Position numbers and translations under genes: made by a program. The notes below the pieces were generated by a model. That model was not told where the DNA came from. It saw nothing but the letters and a program-made list of their open reading frames with translations, and did not search any database. From an uncultured virus (IMG/VR IMGVR_UViG_3300028591_000115) (Duplodnaviria; Heunggongvirae; Uroviricota; Caudoviricetes): a stretch of 64,000 nt of DNA. Location of the stretch: IMG/VR virus record IMGVR_UViG_3300028591_000115; one strand, written 5' to 3'. This document shows, in pieces, positions 40,733 to 50,896 of this stretch (position 1 is its first letter; each line of letters opens with the position of its first letter).

Positions 40733-41644
40733 TTAAGCCTGACCAAAGGTTGCCTGATCTTCAATAATCTGAATAGCAGCCAATACTTTCTTGGTCTTAT
40801 CGAACTTGGTATAATCTGGGAATGCATCCATTGTGAAGGTGAAGGTAGAAGGATCACCAGTTGGAGACAAACTAAAGGTAAAGTTAGACTGAACTTTACA
40901 ATTAGGAATAATGAACTCTGCAGGATAATCTTCACCAGTAGCCTGATCACGGAATAAGGTAGATGCTTCAAGATAGTAAGATCCACCAAACTTAGAAGCT
41001 TCAATATTAATCTGCTTTACACTCTTAGCAGCTTCTACATAGTAATCTACATAAACAACTGCGCCATTAGCAATAGCTGGAACAGTGGCAGTTAAGCCAA
41101 GTTCGGTATGACGAGCATCAGCATCATAAGCAGCTTTCCAAGCATTAAGAGCTGCACTTAATTCCATATCCTGATGTACTTCAGAAGAAGGAATAAGCAT
41201 AGGCATCTTACTAGAATCAATAGCACCATCACCGGTCATAGCCATAACATATAATTTACATTCAGACTTCGCAACAGAAGGAACTTTGCTAAGAACAATG
41301 TGTCCATTAACAACTTCAACCTGCTCAGTAGTATGTACATAAAGCTTTTCAGATGCACTTGCATCAAGCAAGCCAGCACCAGAAAGGATAGAGAAGCTCT
41401 CTGGAGAGATCAAAGCATCTTCCATTGTGAAAGTAACTGTACGATCACCTTCCCAAGCAACAAGACGTGGATTACCGCGTCCGCCCTGGGCGTATACTGT
41501 AGTTGCAGCACCTTCAAGAGAAGAAGTCTTTAAAGTATCGAAATAAAGAACTGGAGCGTCCTTATCAAGATAAAGCTTTCCAAAATAACCTTCCGCCTTT
41601 CTCTTCAAAACGACGTCGCAAATTTCGCGTACACCAAATTTCAT
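40733..41644 (-). CDS. Major tail (tube) protein (303 aa, no TAG)
   Basis: FDTLKTSSLE..TVYAQGGRGNPRLVAWEGDRTVTFTMEDAL and FTFSLSPTGDPSTFTFTMD motifs; strong GGAGG RBS; position between connectors and tape measure. Confidence 0.8.
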   Translation of the reverse strand: MKFGVREICDVVLKRKAEGYFGKLYLDKDAPVLYFDTLKTSSLEGAATTVYAQGGRGNPRLVAWEGDRTVTFTMEDALISPESFSILSGAGLLDASASEKLYVHTTEQVEVVNGHIVLSKVPSVAKSECKLYVMAMTGDGAIDSSKMPMLIPSSEVHQDMELSAALNAWKAAYDADARHTELGLTATVPAIANGAVVYVDYYVEAAKSVKQINIEASKFGGSYYLEASTLFRDQATGEDYPAEFIIPNCKVQSNFTFSLSPTGDPSTFTFTMDAFPDYTKFDKTKKVLAAIQIIEDQATFGQA

Positions 41645-41659
41645 AGGTTATTTCCTCCT

Positions 41660-42415
41660 TTAATGAATATCTTTCATCCAATCTTCAGGCTTATCATCCG
41701 GAGAAGCACCGGCAAGCCTTGATCGAATATCTAAATCCCAATTGATGTATAAACTAAATCTTTCAATAAGATCATATAGCTAACACACCGTAAGATTCAA
41801 ACAATCCTCAAGACTCATAGAATGTAAGCCAATAGTCAATACTGAAACATAACGTGCTAAAACTCCACCCGAAGATTCGTTCTTTTGTGCCGCAACTCGA
41901 GAACGACCTCTCATGAGTTTAGCTGCAATTTCTGCAGCTCTCTTGCCTTTTGGATTGAAATTTCCGTTTTCACCGGCTCCTTTGTTATGTAGGCCACCAA
42001 CCGCCTCAATAACAGTTTTCAAAGCTGTAAAATTGTTTTCATCTATTGTAACATTATGTTTCGTCGTAGGATTGTTCATATAAATGCTTCTGGGCAATAA
42101 CTGAGGAACATAGCCCGGAAACATAATCGTTAAAACGTTTAATAGATCATTCTAACGTTTTCTACTATTTTCAGCTTTTGGATCGGTTAATAACGTCATA
42201 AATATATCAAAGTCATTCATAGAAGATAAACGAGAATTGTCCTCTTGCGCCTATGCGATTAATATTCTTTTATCAAATCCAATTAACTGCAGTATTAAAA
42301 AATATGACATTTCACTTTCTAGTAATGAAATTTCTTTAATACGCGGCTAATGTAGTACTAAACCAAGTTCTGGAATAGGTACATCTACTCCAGAAACTAA
42401 ACATAAAGAATTCAT
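41660..42415 (-). CDS. Tail-module protein (251 aa, TAG-recoded)
   Basis: ATG at 42415 overlaps the upstream TAA; reads LH[TAG]PRIKEI; in frame with 41780..42124; ends at TAA 41660. Confidence 0.7.
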
Positions 42416-42942
42416 TATAATTCAATATCTTCTTTACTATGCGTTGATTGATAAATCGCAGTAAGACCCATAAGTTGTTCATTAAGAACCAAATCATTAC
42501 ATCCTATAAACTATAATGTTCCAATTCCTGTCAACTTTTGATTATTAAATAATGCATCAATATGCCCAATAATTTTATAAGGACGTAATTGGAAATCTCC
42601 CAAATTCCAATGATCTGGATGACAAAGAACATCAAAACTAATTGTATGATCTCTAAATTCTTGATTATTAGGATTGGGTACAAAATTATCAAATGTAATA
42701 ATTACCTAAACAGGACAATCTTTATCTATGTCAATTTTAGGCACAATACGAATCTGTCTATTTAACATACCAATAATTTGCTCAGGTTGCAAATCATCGG
42801 CTTTTAAACAATCCGGCTGAGTATAATATAATAACTTCATAAGATCTTGGTCTTTCAACATCTTACGAGCAATTAACTTAAAATCCTTTTCAACAGTCAT
42901 GAAACTGGATTTAGGATCAAAATATTCCTTACCTACTCGCAT
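42415..42942 (-). CDS. Probable tail terminator/completion protein (~175 aa, TAG-recoded)
   Basis: Reads through TAG 42706 into FRDHTISFDVLCH..W...LRPYKI and ends at TAA 42415; function inferred from gene order. Confidence 0.6.
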
Positions 42943-42959
42943 AGGCATTCTCCTTTTTC

Positions 42960-43910
42960 TCAAAACAATGATTCTACAATTACAGTATGTTCTAAATTAC
43001 CATAATGTAATATGTAAGATCCAGAAGTCATTTGCGTCCAAGTAACAGTTAAATCGCTATCAGTTAACACGTAATCAATTACATCATCTACTTCTTTATT
43101 CTTTTCCGCAGGTAATGTAATATTCCAAGCCGCACCTGGAGTAAACTTCTTATATTTAAATATAACCTTTTGTAATGGTTTAACAAAAGTTGGACCAATA
43201 ATTGCATTTTCTGTGTCTTCTGTAATCGCTGGATTTGGATCCGTAACTTCTACAATAAGCTCACCATGTTTGCAATCATAATCTTCTTCAGCTACAACTT
43301 CCATTACACCAGGCGTACTAATATGATCTGGCGCTTGCACTTTCCAAAAATACCCATCAAACTCAAAATTACAATATCTTTTAAAACTTCTTCGGTTCTA
43401 CTCTGTATCTGCCATATATATGTCTAATGTCATATTCGGCACATCAGCAACGATACCCGCTTTCTAAATAGTATTAATTTTAGTTTCGACAGGACCTCTA
43501 ATCGCACACCACTGTGTATATGATTCACCCGTTTCTGGATCTGTTACAGTTAATTGCTTACATCTACGAATATTCGCTCTAAAATAAGCTAATTCAGTAT
43601 CTTCAGGTTTTAAGATAATCCAATGACTACCTGTATTCTATCCCCATTCAAATGTATCTCCTGGTTTAAACCCATATTCCCAATCTACTGAAACAATCTT
43701 TTCATCATAATCAAATTTAACTCTATCTGGATTAATTAATGCACGACACCAATCATCATTACTATTATCTTTTCTAATCCAAGCTGATTGATAAGAATAT
43801 AATAATGCACGATGCATACTACGTTTCTTATCTAATATCATGCGGTTACGTTGGCGATCATTATTTGCCGCACCAGCTCTTAATTTAAATAATTCAAGAT
43901 TTTCTAACAT
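42960..43910 (-). CDS. Probable head-tail adaptor/closure protein (316 aa, TAG-recoded)
   Basis: Fragments 43638..43910 and 42960..43340 are in one frame; position in the neck module. Confidence 0.65.
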
Positions 43911-44205
43911 CTAAAATCGCTGTTAGTTCTGTAATTGTTGAAATAATACTAAATATCATAGATCTAAAAACCATGAAATCAGTATCTTCAGTAAGACCCT
44001 CTAAACTACTGACAATAATCAAGAAGTCTAGTTCATCGCCAAACATCCTACCGAGACCACGTAATTCAACCAATACAGCTTCTTTCTTTGTTTGCCAATC
44101 CTCATCATGTTCACGCATTGGCAACAATTTCCATATTTGATTTACCAAGCGCCGCAAATCACGAATAATAATATCATTATTAAAATCAGTTCCATAATAC
44201 ATCAT
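43894..44205 (-). CDS. Hypothetical neck-module protein (~103 aa)
   Basis: Intact ORF; start at 44205 chosen from the GGTGG RBS and the overlap with the upstream stop. Confidence 0.65.
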   Translation of the reverse strand: MMYYGTDFNNDIIIRDLRRLVNQIWKLLPMREHDEDWQTKKEAVLVELRGLGRMFGDELDFLIIVSSLEGLTEDTDFMVFRSMIFSIISTITELTAILDVRKS

Positions 44206-44792
44206 TCGTTTCCACCACCGATCGGCTCCCATGCATACTCATCACCATAATATTGATTATTGTATACATTGATCTGAGTCAATGCGCCGTAGCCAGAATT
44301 AGCTGTAACCTCCTCTGCTGCGGTTTGCTCAGGAATAGCACTTTGATTAATGGTAAGCCAGTTAGACATAATATGTCCATCTAATGCTTTAAAACGACGT
44401 TTATACAAACGTTGGAAATGTATGTTTTCTCTATTGACTTCTGCCTTTAAATTTAAAAGCTTCGCAAGATGATTAGCTTGCGAAGTAAATTTAAAATCTG
44501 AACCAGAATATTTCATTCTTGTATTTTCAACAGAAGCAATCTATCTATCCAACCAATTCATTTTCATTAATATCGCAAGGATATTAATTTCTTCCTTGGT
44601 TAAATCAACATTATAAACTCCCTCTTCTTCATCATAATCATATGGTGCAAAACGAGGAAATTCAAACTGAGGAATGGCATCAAGTAAATACTATTTTGCA
44701 TCACGAATAGTGTCTTCTTCAGTAAGTTCCAAGTACATATCGTCGGTAATCTTACTAAAGAACCTATCAATGATAGTATTAAATGACGTCAT
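44202..44792 (-). CDS. Probable head-tail connector protein (196 aa, TAG-recoded)
   Basis: ATG at 44792 after AGGAGG (MTSFNTIIDRFFSKITDD), in frame with 44202..44516; YSGSDFKFTSQANHL motif. Confidence 0.65.
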
Positions 44793-44809
44793 TTAACATC
44801 CTCCTTAGT

Positions 44810-45400
44810 TTATTTCTTTACGACATTATACTTAGGAGTTGTTCTGCGGCCACTTGTTTCTTTAGCAGCTGCTGGCTGCACACGACGTCCAGGAGTTTTT
44901 TCAACATTCATTCCACTCTCTGTCTGTTCTTTAGCTGCAGCTTCTTCTGCCGCAAGTTCTTCTTTATGCTTGAGTGCAAGCGCTACGTCAAACCCAGTCT
45001 TTTCCTTAATAGCTTTGATCTTACGAGTATCTGTAAGCGGAAGTTCAAGTGAATATTTCTGAACTAAATCAAGAACGCCAGCTGGTGCGAAATCAAGACA
45101 ATCCAGTAATGCATCGACTGAACCATTCTTTAGAAGATCAATAACTCCCTTGTCATCTAAATAATATTCAGGCTCTACGTTCATTGACATCTCTTCCACC
45201 GCGGCGGGATTCTCAATATACAAGTAATTCGCAATAATTTCTGGTCCGCCTGCCTGTTGACTTAAAGCATAAATCTCTTCAAGAGGAACTTGCTTGGCTG
45301 CTCCAGGCATAAATTCACGACGAACTCTTAAATCATCTACATTATATACGACTATAGAATTACTTCTATTGCGTACTGTAATCATAGTTTTATTATCCAT
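44810..45400 (-). CDS. Hypothetical head-module protein (196 aa, no TAG)
   Basis: Intact ORF directly downstream of the capsid gene; AGGAG RBS. Confidence 0.8.
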   Translation of the reverse strand: MDNKTMITVRNRSNSIVVYNVDDLRVRREFMPGAAKQVPLEEIYALSQQAGGPEIIANYLYIENPAAVEEMSMNVEPEYYLDDKGVIDLLKNGSVDALLDCLDFAPAGVLDLVQKYSLELPLTDTRKIKAIKEKTGFDVALALKHKEELAAEEAAAKEQTESGMNVEKTPGRRVQPAAAKETSGRRTTPKYNVVKK

Positions 45401-45436
45401 ATTAACTTTTTCTCCTTTTTCTCTATAGTAGAATAA

Positions 45437-45465
45437 GCGGGCGGCGTGTTATCACGCACGCCCGC
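45437..45465 (-). terminator. Hairpin after the major capsid gene
   Basis: GCGGGCG...CGCCCGC imperfect inverted repeat. Confidence 0.6.
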
Positions 45466-45477
45466 GATCAATTTTTA

Positions 45478-46689
45478 TTAATCCTTAGTGTAGTAGGTCT
45501 TGCCATCTGCAAGCTCAACATCAGAGGTCTTTACATAAGATCCATTAACGAGTTCATAATAGGTGCCAATATCTGCTACCTTAGGATTTGTTACTACAGT
45601 ATAAGTGTCAGTAGTTGGAGTAGTAGAATTGCTCTGCTTATCACCAGTATAAACTGCATACTGACCAGCAAGTTCAGTATCCTTATATACGCAAATATCA
45701 GGAGTCATTACGACACCAACGCCGACTTTCTTGTATACCTGAATTTCACGGCTACGATCCTTGTTGACATATTCATCAACAATTGTAGAGCCTTCCATAA
45801 CAACCTTAACTGGCTTTACATTACCTGGGAGGATATAGCAGAAACCTGGATCAATAACCTTAGTGGTATGAGTAGCATCAGTGAAACCCTGTGGAAGAAT
45901 ATTAATCACATGATTCTTATAAGAAGCAAAGCGACCATTATTCCAAATGGTATCCTTCATGCTATCAGACCAAGAAGCGTAAGTACCATTACCATTGCTT
46001 GGAAGAATCTTCTGAGCGAACTCTTCAGTACAATAAATGGTAGGAGTGCCATAAGCGGCAGAAATAGCGATCAAACGATCAAATGCCTTTTCATCGAAAC
46101 CATTGGTTACAACAGTATTCAATGCAGGAAGCTGAGTAAGACCTTCCTTAAGGGCAGCACCGATTTCCCAATGAATGAGTTCTTCGATACCTTCCATAAC
46201 GATACGGGTCACTTCAGCAAAATCAGCACGGCCATCAAGGAACTCTTCAAGACCGATCTGAGCAGCACCACCGATAGCGCTAGTCTGTACTTCGATAGGT
46301 GTATCTTTACCAAGCTTGAATACTTCGTAGATACCAGCAAGACCAACTTTAGTGATGAACTGCTTTGCGCGCTGACGATCATGTTTACGCCAGAAGATTG
46401 TAGAATTGCCCTGAGCAATAGTCTTTACCTCTGCGAACTTTTCAAACTCTTCCTCAACTTTCTTAGGAAGAATATCATCCATAGTCTCTTCAATTAAAGA
46501 GAAAATGGTGTTCTTATTTTCACGATAAAGGGCGAAAGTACCAGCTAATTCGTTCATTTCAGAACGAAGGGTTTCATTAAGAGCATCATAGCTCAAATTT
46601 TCGCCATTGAATGAATAAGCAACAGGAGCAGAGCGGTCAGCTTTAGCAGTTGCCTTCATCAATTTAAGAAGTTCATTTCTTTCTAACAT
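45478..46689 (-). CDS. Major capsid protein (403 aa, no TAG)
   Basis: Position after portal, protease and decoration genes; size; high-expression codon bias; followed by a hairpin. Confidence 0.75.
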   Translation of the reverse strand: MLERNELLKLMKATAKADRSAPVAYSFNGENLSYDALNETLRSEMNELAGTFALYRENKNTIFSLIEETMDDILPKKVEEEFEKFAEVKTIAQGNSTIFWRKHDRQRAKQFITKVGLAGIYEVFKLGKDTPIEVQTSAIGGAAQIGLEEFLDGRADFAEVTRIVMEGIEELIHWEIGAALKEGLTQLPALNTVVTNGFDEKAFDRLIAISAAYGTPTIYCTEEFAQKILPSNGNGTYASWSDSMKDTIWNNGRFASYKNHVINILPQGFTDATHTTKVIDPGFCYILPGNVKPVKVVMEGSTIVDEYVNKDRSREIQVYKKVGVGVVMTPDICVYKDTELAGQYAVYTGDKQSNSTTPTTDTYTVVTNPKVADIGTYYELVNGSYVKTSDVELADGKTYYTKD

Positions 46690-46712
46690 TGACTTTTTCT
46701 CTCCTTTCCTTA

Positions 46713-47519
46713 TTACTTAATTCTCATAACCTTGACTGCCTTCTGCATATCACCAAGGTTGTAGATCTTAACGACCTGCCACTGGAATGCAGCATTGGAA
46801 GCACCGGTAGCACTGAGATAACCATGAGCATTTGGAGTAAGAACAGATCCAAGTGTTACGGTTGCATCAGCGATAGTATTAGTAGTAAAAATGTCACCTT
46901 CGTGAGTCTTAAATACACGAGGAACCATTAAGCCAGCCTTACCATTTCCATTTGGACGGTTTGGCTGTGCATATTCAGCCATCTGAGGAACATTAAGCTT
47001 CTCAACTTCATAGCTGTTTCCAATTGGATAATGATTACGACCATAATCTGGAGCAACTCCAGGAGCATTGCTATGACCATCGCCATAGATTTCAACCTGG
47101 CTCTGAATAGCCTTCATCATATCCCAATCAGCAGAACTAGCAAAACCATTAATTTTGGTACCATTGATGCCCTGAGCAGAACCCCAATCAGCAGAAGCTC
47201 CACCAACACCAACTGGACTATAAACGCGACCATTGTAGTCACGACGGATCATAGCGAAATCCTGATCAGTTTCATGATCACGATATACCTTAACTTCATT
47301 GAAAACGAGCATCCATTCGCCAGGACCTGTAAAGTTTACTTCACCATTAGCATAGTCGTACTTAACGAACTGACCATTCTCAAGAATATCAATACTTGCA
47401 GCTACAGGTAACTGTGCATAAATTTCAGCAGTTCTCTGAGCACTGAGATGGTTAGGCTCGACCTGTCCGAAACCAAGTGTAACAAACTGAGCTTCTGGAG
47501 ACAATCTTGTAAAAGCCAT
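46713..47519 (-). CDS. Capsid decoration/minor head protein (268 aa, no TAG)
   Basis: Lies between scaffold and capsid genes; GFGQVEPNHLSA..AQLP and ENGQFVKYD motifs; high-expression codon bias. Confidence 0.6.
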   Translation of the reverse strand: MAFTRLSPEAQFVTLGFGQVEPNHLSAQRTAEIYAQLPVAASIDILENGQFVKYDYANGEVNFTGPGEWMLVFNEVKVYRDHETDQDFAMIRRDYNGRVYSPVGVGGASADWGSAQGINGTKINGFASSADWDMMKAIQSQVEIYGDGHSNAPGVAPDYGRNHYPIGNSYEVEKLNVPQMAEYAQPNRPNGNGKAGLMVPRVFKTHEGDIFTTNTIADATVTLGSVLTPNAHGYLSATGASNAAFQWQVVKIYNLGDMQKAVKVMRIK

Positions 47520-47542
47520 ACTTAGCTTCCTCCTTTATAAAA

Positions 47543-48874
47543 TTAGTTCATTTCTTTGGCGGTTTCACGCACGGCCTTAATCCAAGCAGGTGCGTTATCC
47601 TCACCATCATTACCATTTAATTCATAAATGGTAGGCTCTTTTTTGGAAGTATCCTTTTTATCGTCATCAAGGCTAAAAGAAACCTTGTTACGAACACAAA
47701 TAATAGATAATTTAGCTTCGATATCATTGAGACTATAAGTGTCAATATTATCAATGCAATCCTTCTTATCTTCATCAGAAAGCATATAGAAGCTATCAAT
47801 CATATCTTGCTTTGCTTTACGATCAGCTTCAACTTTAAATGTACGAAGTGGTTCAACTTCAGCCTTTAAAGCTTCAAACTGTCTCTGGAGTTCAGTAAAC
47901 TGAACAGCAAGATTCTTATAGAGATCAGATTCAGCGACTTCATCATCAGTTAAAGAATGCTTACCAAATGGTGGCTTCTTCTTCTTATCTTCGTCATCTT
48001 CTTCTTCCTTCTTGTCGTCACCGGACTCAGGCTTCTTTTCATCTTCGCCGCCCTTATCCTCTTCATCCTTCTTTGGAGGGAATGGATTCTCTTTCTTTTC
48101 TTCCTTTTTGTCTTCTTCTTCCTTCTTCTTGAAGTCAACATCAGGGTTTTCCAAAGTAGGATCATTTACATTCTTGTTTTCTTCATTCATAGAAGTAAAT
48201 CCTCCTTTGCTTAAAGCAGATTTAATATCCTCCATCAAGGAGAATAATTGGTTCTTGAAGTCGCCATCATACGAGAACTGTGCTGCAATACCCGCACCTT
48301 CAAAACAAGGTTCAACGTCTTCTCCAAGAATACAAAGCTTTTGTATCATTGCTTCATCAATTATGAAAAACTTTGGCAATCCTTTATCATCAAATGTCCA
48401 AGAGCCCTTCAAATTTTCTTCATTGAGTTCCATAGATTGATTATTTCCATGTTCTAAAATTCTTTTAGATTCTGGATATAATGTTGTCCATAAATACCCC
48501 TCAGTTAATAAGTAAGTGCGTCTAACTTGATTGTCATCAATAAAGTCTTGGAACCAAATCTTTGAACTAGAATCGACAAAGCCATAAGCCTTAGTTCTAT
48601 CAACAATACGGAACTTACCATCGCCAACTTCAATACTACGGTTGTGACCAGAGAAATCTTCCTCTTTATTATCATAAAATCCAGCAATCGGGCAACCATG
48701 TAAAGTCTTTGCCATCTTAATAGCGGATTCTTTGTCAATCACACTATGATTGCGGTTCTCGCCAAGATAACAAACTTTAATATCACAATGGCTCAATAAT
48801 GGATTATCTGACATTGGAGCCACATTAAGTAATTCAACCGTTCCATCAATCGGAACGCTAACATGTTTAGGCAC
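47543..48874 (-). CDS. Prohead protease/scaffold fusion (443 aa, no TAG)
   Basis: GENRNHSVI, GYLWT, NQSMEL and LCILGEDVEPCFEGA protease-like motifs, then an acidic/lysine-rich linker and a coiled-coil scaffold region. Confidence 0.75.
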   Translation of the reverse strand: MPKHVSVPIDGTVELLNVAPMSDNPLLSHCDIKVCYLGENRNHSVIDKESAIKMAKTLHGCPIAGFYDNKEEDFSGHNRSIEVGDGKFRIVDRTKAYGFVDSSSKIWFQDFIDDNQVRRTYLLTEGYLWTTLYPESKRILEHGNNQSMELNEENLKGSWTFDDKGLPKFFIIDEAMIQKLCILGEDVEPCFEGAGIAAQFSYDGDFKNQLFSLMEDIKSALSKGGFTSMNEENKNVNDPTLENPDVDFKKKEEEDKKEEKKENPFPPKKDEEDKGGEDEKKPESGDDKKEEEDDEDKKKKPPFGKHSLTDDEVAESDLYKNLAVQFTELQRQFEALKAEVEPLRTFKVEADRKAKQDMIDSFYMLSDEDKKDCIDNIDTYSLNDIEAKLSIICVRNKVSFSLDDDKKDTSKKEPTIYELNGNDGEDNAPAWIKAVRETAKEMN

Positions 48875-48879
48875 TTAAC

Positions 48880-50517
48880 TCACTCCTTTCCCGCAGCTTC
48901 ACGGTTAGCTATAGTTTTATCAGATTTCTATTCATTGCTTTTTTCCGGTCTGCCCATTTTTTTATCCTCGGCCGCACCCTTAATCTAAGCCTAAGCTTTA
49001 TTAGTAGCAGACTAAGCGTTTGATCCAGTCTTACCACCGAGTACATCCTCACCACGTAAAGTAGAACTCATGAGAGGCGGAATCATTAATTCTTGTAATT
49101 TCATTACATTATTCTCAAAATAAGCAGTAGCATAAATAGAACTTTGTGAATGTCCAAGAGCAATCTAAGGTAACACTTTGGAGAAACCAAGTTGTGTATG
49201 CTCTTTATATAACTTAGACAATTCTTTATAATTATTAATAGTAGTTTCAAGCATATTAAAATGCAAACACCACTTTTTATTTCCTGGGAACTTATTATTT
49301 AAGATCCTAGTAAATAACTCATCAAACTCAAAAATTAAATCTCTGATACTTGCTTCATCAACAGCACTCGCTTTCTCAAGAGCAAGATTACTATTAGAGT
49401 TAAATAGGTTTTGAGAAACACCAGCTTCATTATAAACAGTGCGCTCAACTTTTTCAAGTTCATCTCTTGTTGCTGTAGTATTCTTATCAGCAAGATCGGC
49501 AACATCTACATCTGCAAACGTTGTCATAACATCTACGCCAATAGCACGCTTCAACATCTATACTGTATTATTATGAATATCTTTTGCTTCATCAACGTCA
49601 AATATCAAATCACCATTTTTATCTAATGGTAATTTTTGAATAATGACTTTTAATAACTTCTGCATCATCTTACGACGATCCAGATCTTGCGCTTCGTCCA
49701 AGTCCAATATCTTTGAAGTAACATTTACAAGCATTGGAACATCTTGTCCAGCAATATTAATCTTAAAAGCACAATCTGGATCTAACAACCACCATGTGCC
49801 CTCAGTATATCCATTCTTTGGATTGTTCAATTTGCCCTTCTTATAAGCAATATAAGCTTCAGAAAATTCTGAAGGATACATTTTTAAAACTCTTAAACGA
49901 GTTTCAATATCCGGAAATTGTTCATCAAAAAATCTTGGATTAAATTCTACTGCTGGTCTATTACCTACTTTGAACCGAGAGCGGCAATATGCAATTGGTA
50001 ACTATTGGAATGTAAAGCCATTTGAGGTTTCTATAATATAGCCATAATAGCATCCATTAAGAATTACCTGCAATGCCACATCTTGGCACAACTTTTTCAC
50101 TCCTGCATGATCAAAATAATCTAGAGCTTCAGAAAACTCCTTTAAAATTTTGTCATTCTTCTTTTCATTCTCCTCGATTACATAAGGAGTAATATACCAA
50201 TCATATCTATAAAGACCGGCAAAATATTTAACCAATCTTTCATACATACCACTTACTTCAAAGAAGTAATTTGATATTTCTCTTAATAAAGGATAATCTT
50301 TTCTAGCCAATGCCGCAAGAACAGCCAATTTATTATAAGTTTTCTTGCTAGTCTTCTTAATGGCACCAAGATCTAATACAGCATCATCAAGTGTCTAGAA
50401 ATAATTAACTTTTACTTTTCCATAATCTACTTGACTACCATAAATGTCATGAAGTTCTGGACGTTGGACTATTGAGAAGCCTTTGGAATGGATTAAATCC
50501 TAACGATTCTATTCCAA
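48880..50517 (-). CDS. Portal protein (545 aa; TAG at codons 3 and 6 and elsewhere)
   Basis: TTG start after AGGAGG; joins 50002..50328, 49558..49881 and 49165..49557; C-terminal GRPEKSNE[TAG]KSDKTIANRE; ends at TGA 48880; lies between terminase and protease. Confidence 0.8.
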
Positions 50518-50529
50518 GCCAATCCCTCC

Positions 50530-50895
50530 TTAATATCCAGCTTTTTCCATGATATAATCATACGAAATTAAGTTTTCATCTGTATAAGGGATTTCGATTA
50601 GATTATATTCATTTAATGCGCAGAATCTGCGCTTATTTTTATCGTTGAACTATTGACGATAGAAACCTTGCTTTCCACCATATTTACTGGAAGGTTCAAA
50701 ATGTTGTTTTCCCTAATATTCAATTAAGAAATCCACATTACCATCATCATCAAACACGCAAAAGTCAAATCTTAATGGGCGACCATTTGGACTATTTAAA
50801 CCTTCGAATGATTGCTCCATGGTGAAATTGAAGCCTGCATCGCGCAATATTTCTTCAATCTTAATCTCTCCTCTTGAAGCTCGCAACTTTGACAC
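50530..50895 (-). CDS. PD-(D/E)XK-type (Vsr/DUF559-like) endonuclease (121 aa, TAG-recoded)
   Basis: LRFDF...LIEY[TAG]GKQH...DKNKRRFC...LIEIPY. The IEYxGxQH motif is restored when TAG is read as a sense codon. Confidence 0.7.
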
Positions 50896-50896
50896 C

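Noticed and set aside
45868..46497. 209 aa plus-strand ORF and the other short plus-strand ORFs in 1-54,900
   Set aside because: They are antisense shadows of real minus-strand genes, without recognisable motifs or protein-like composition.
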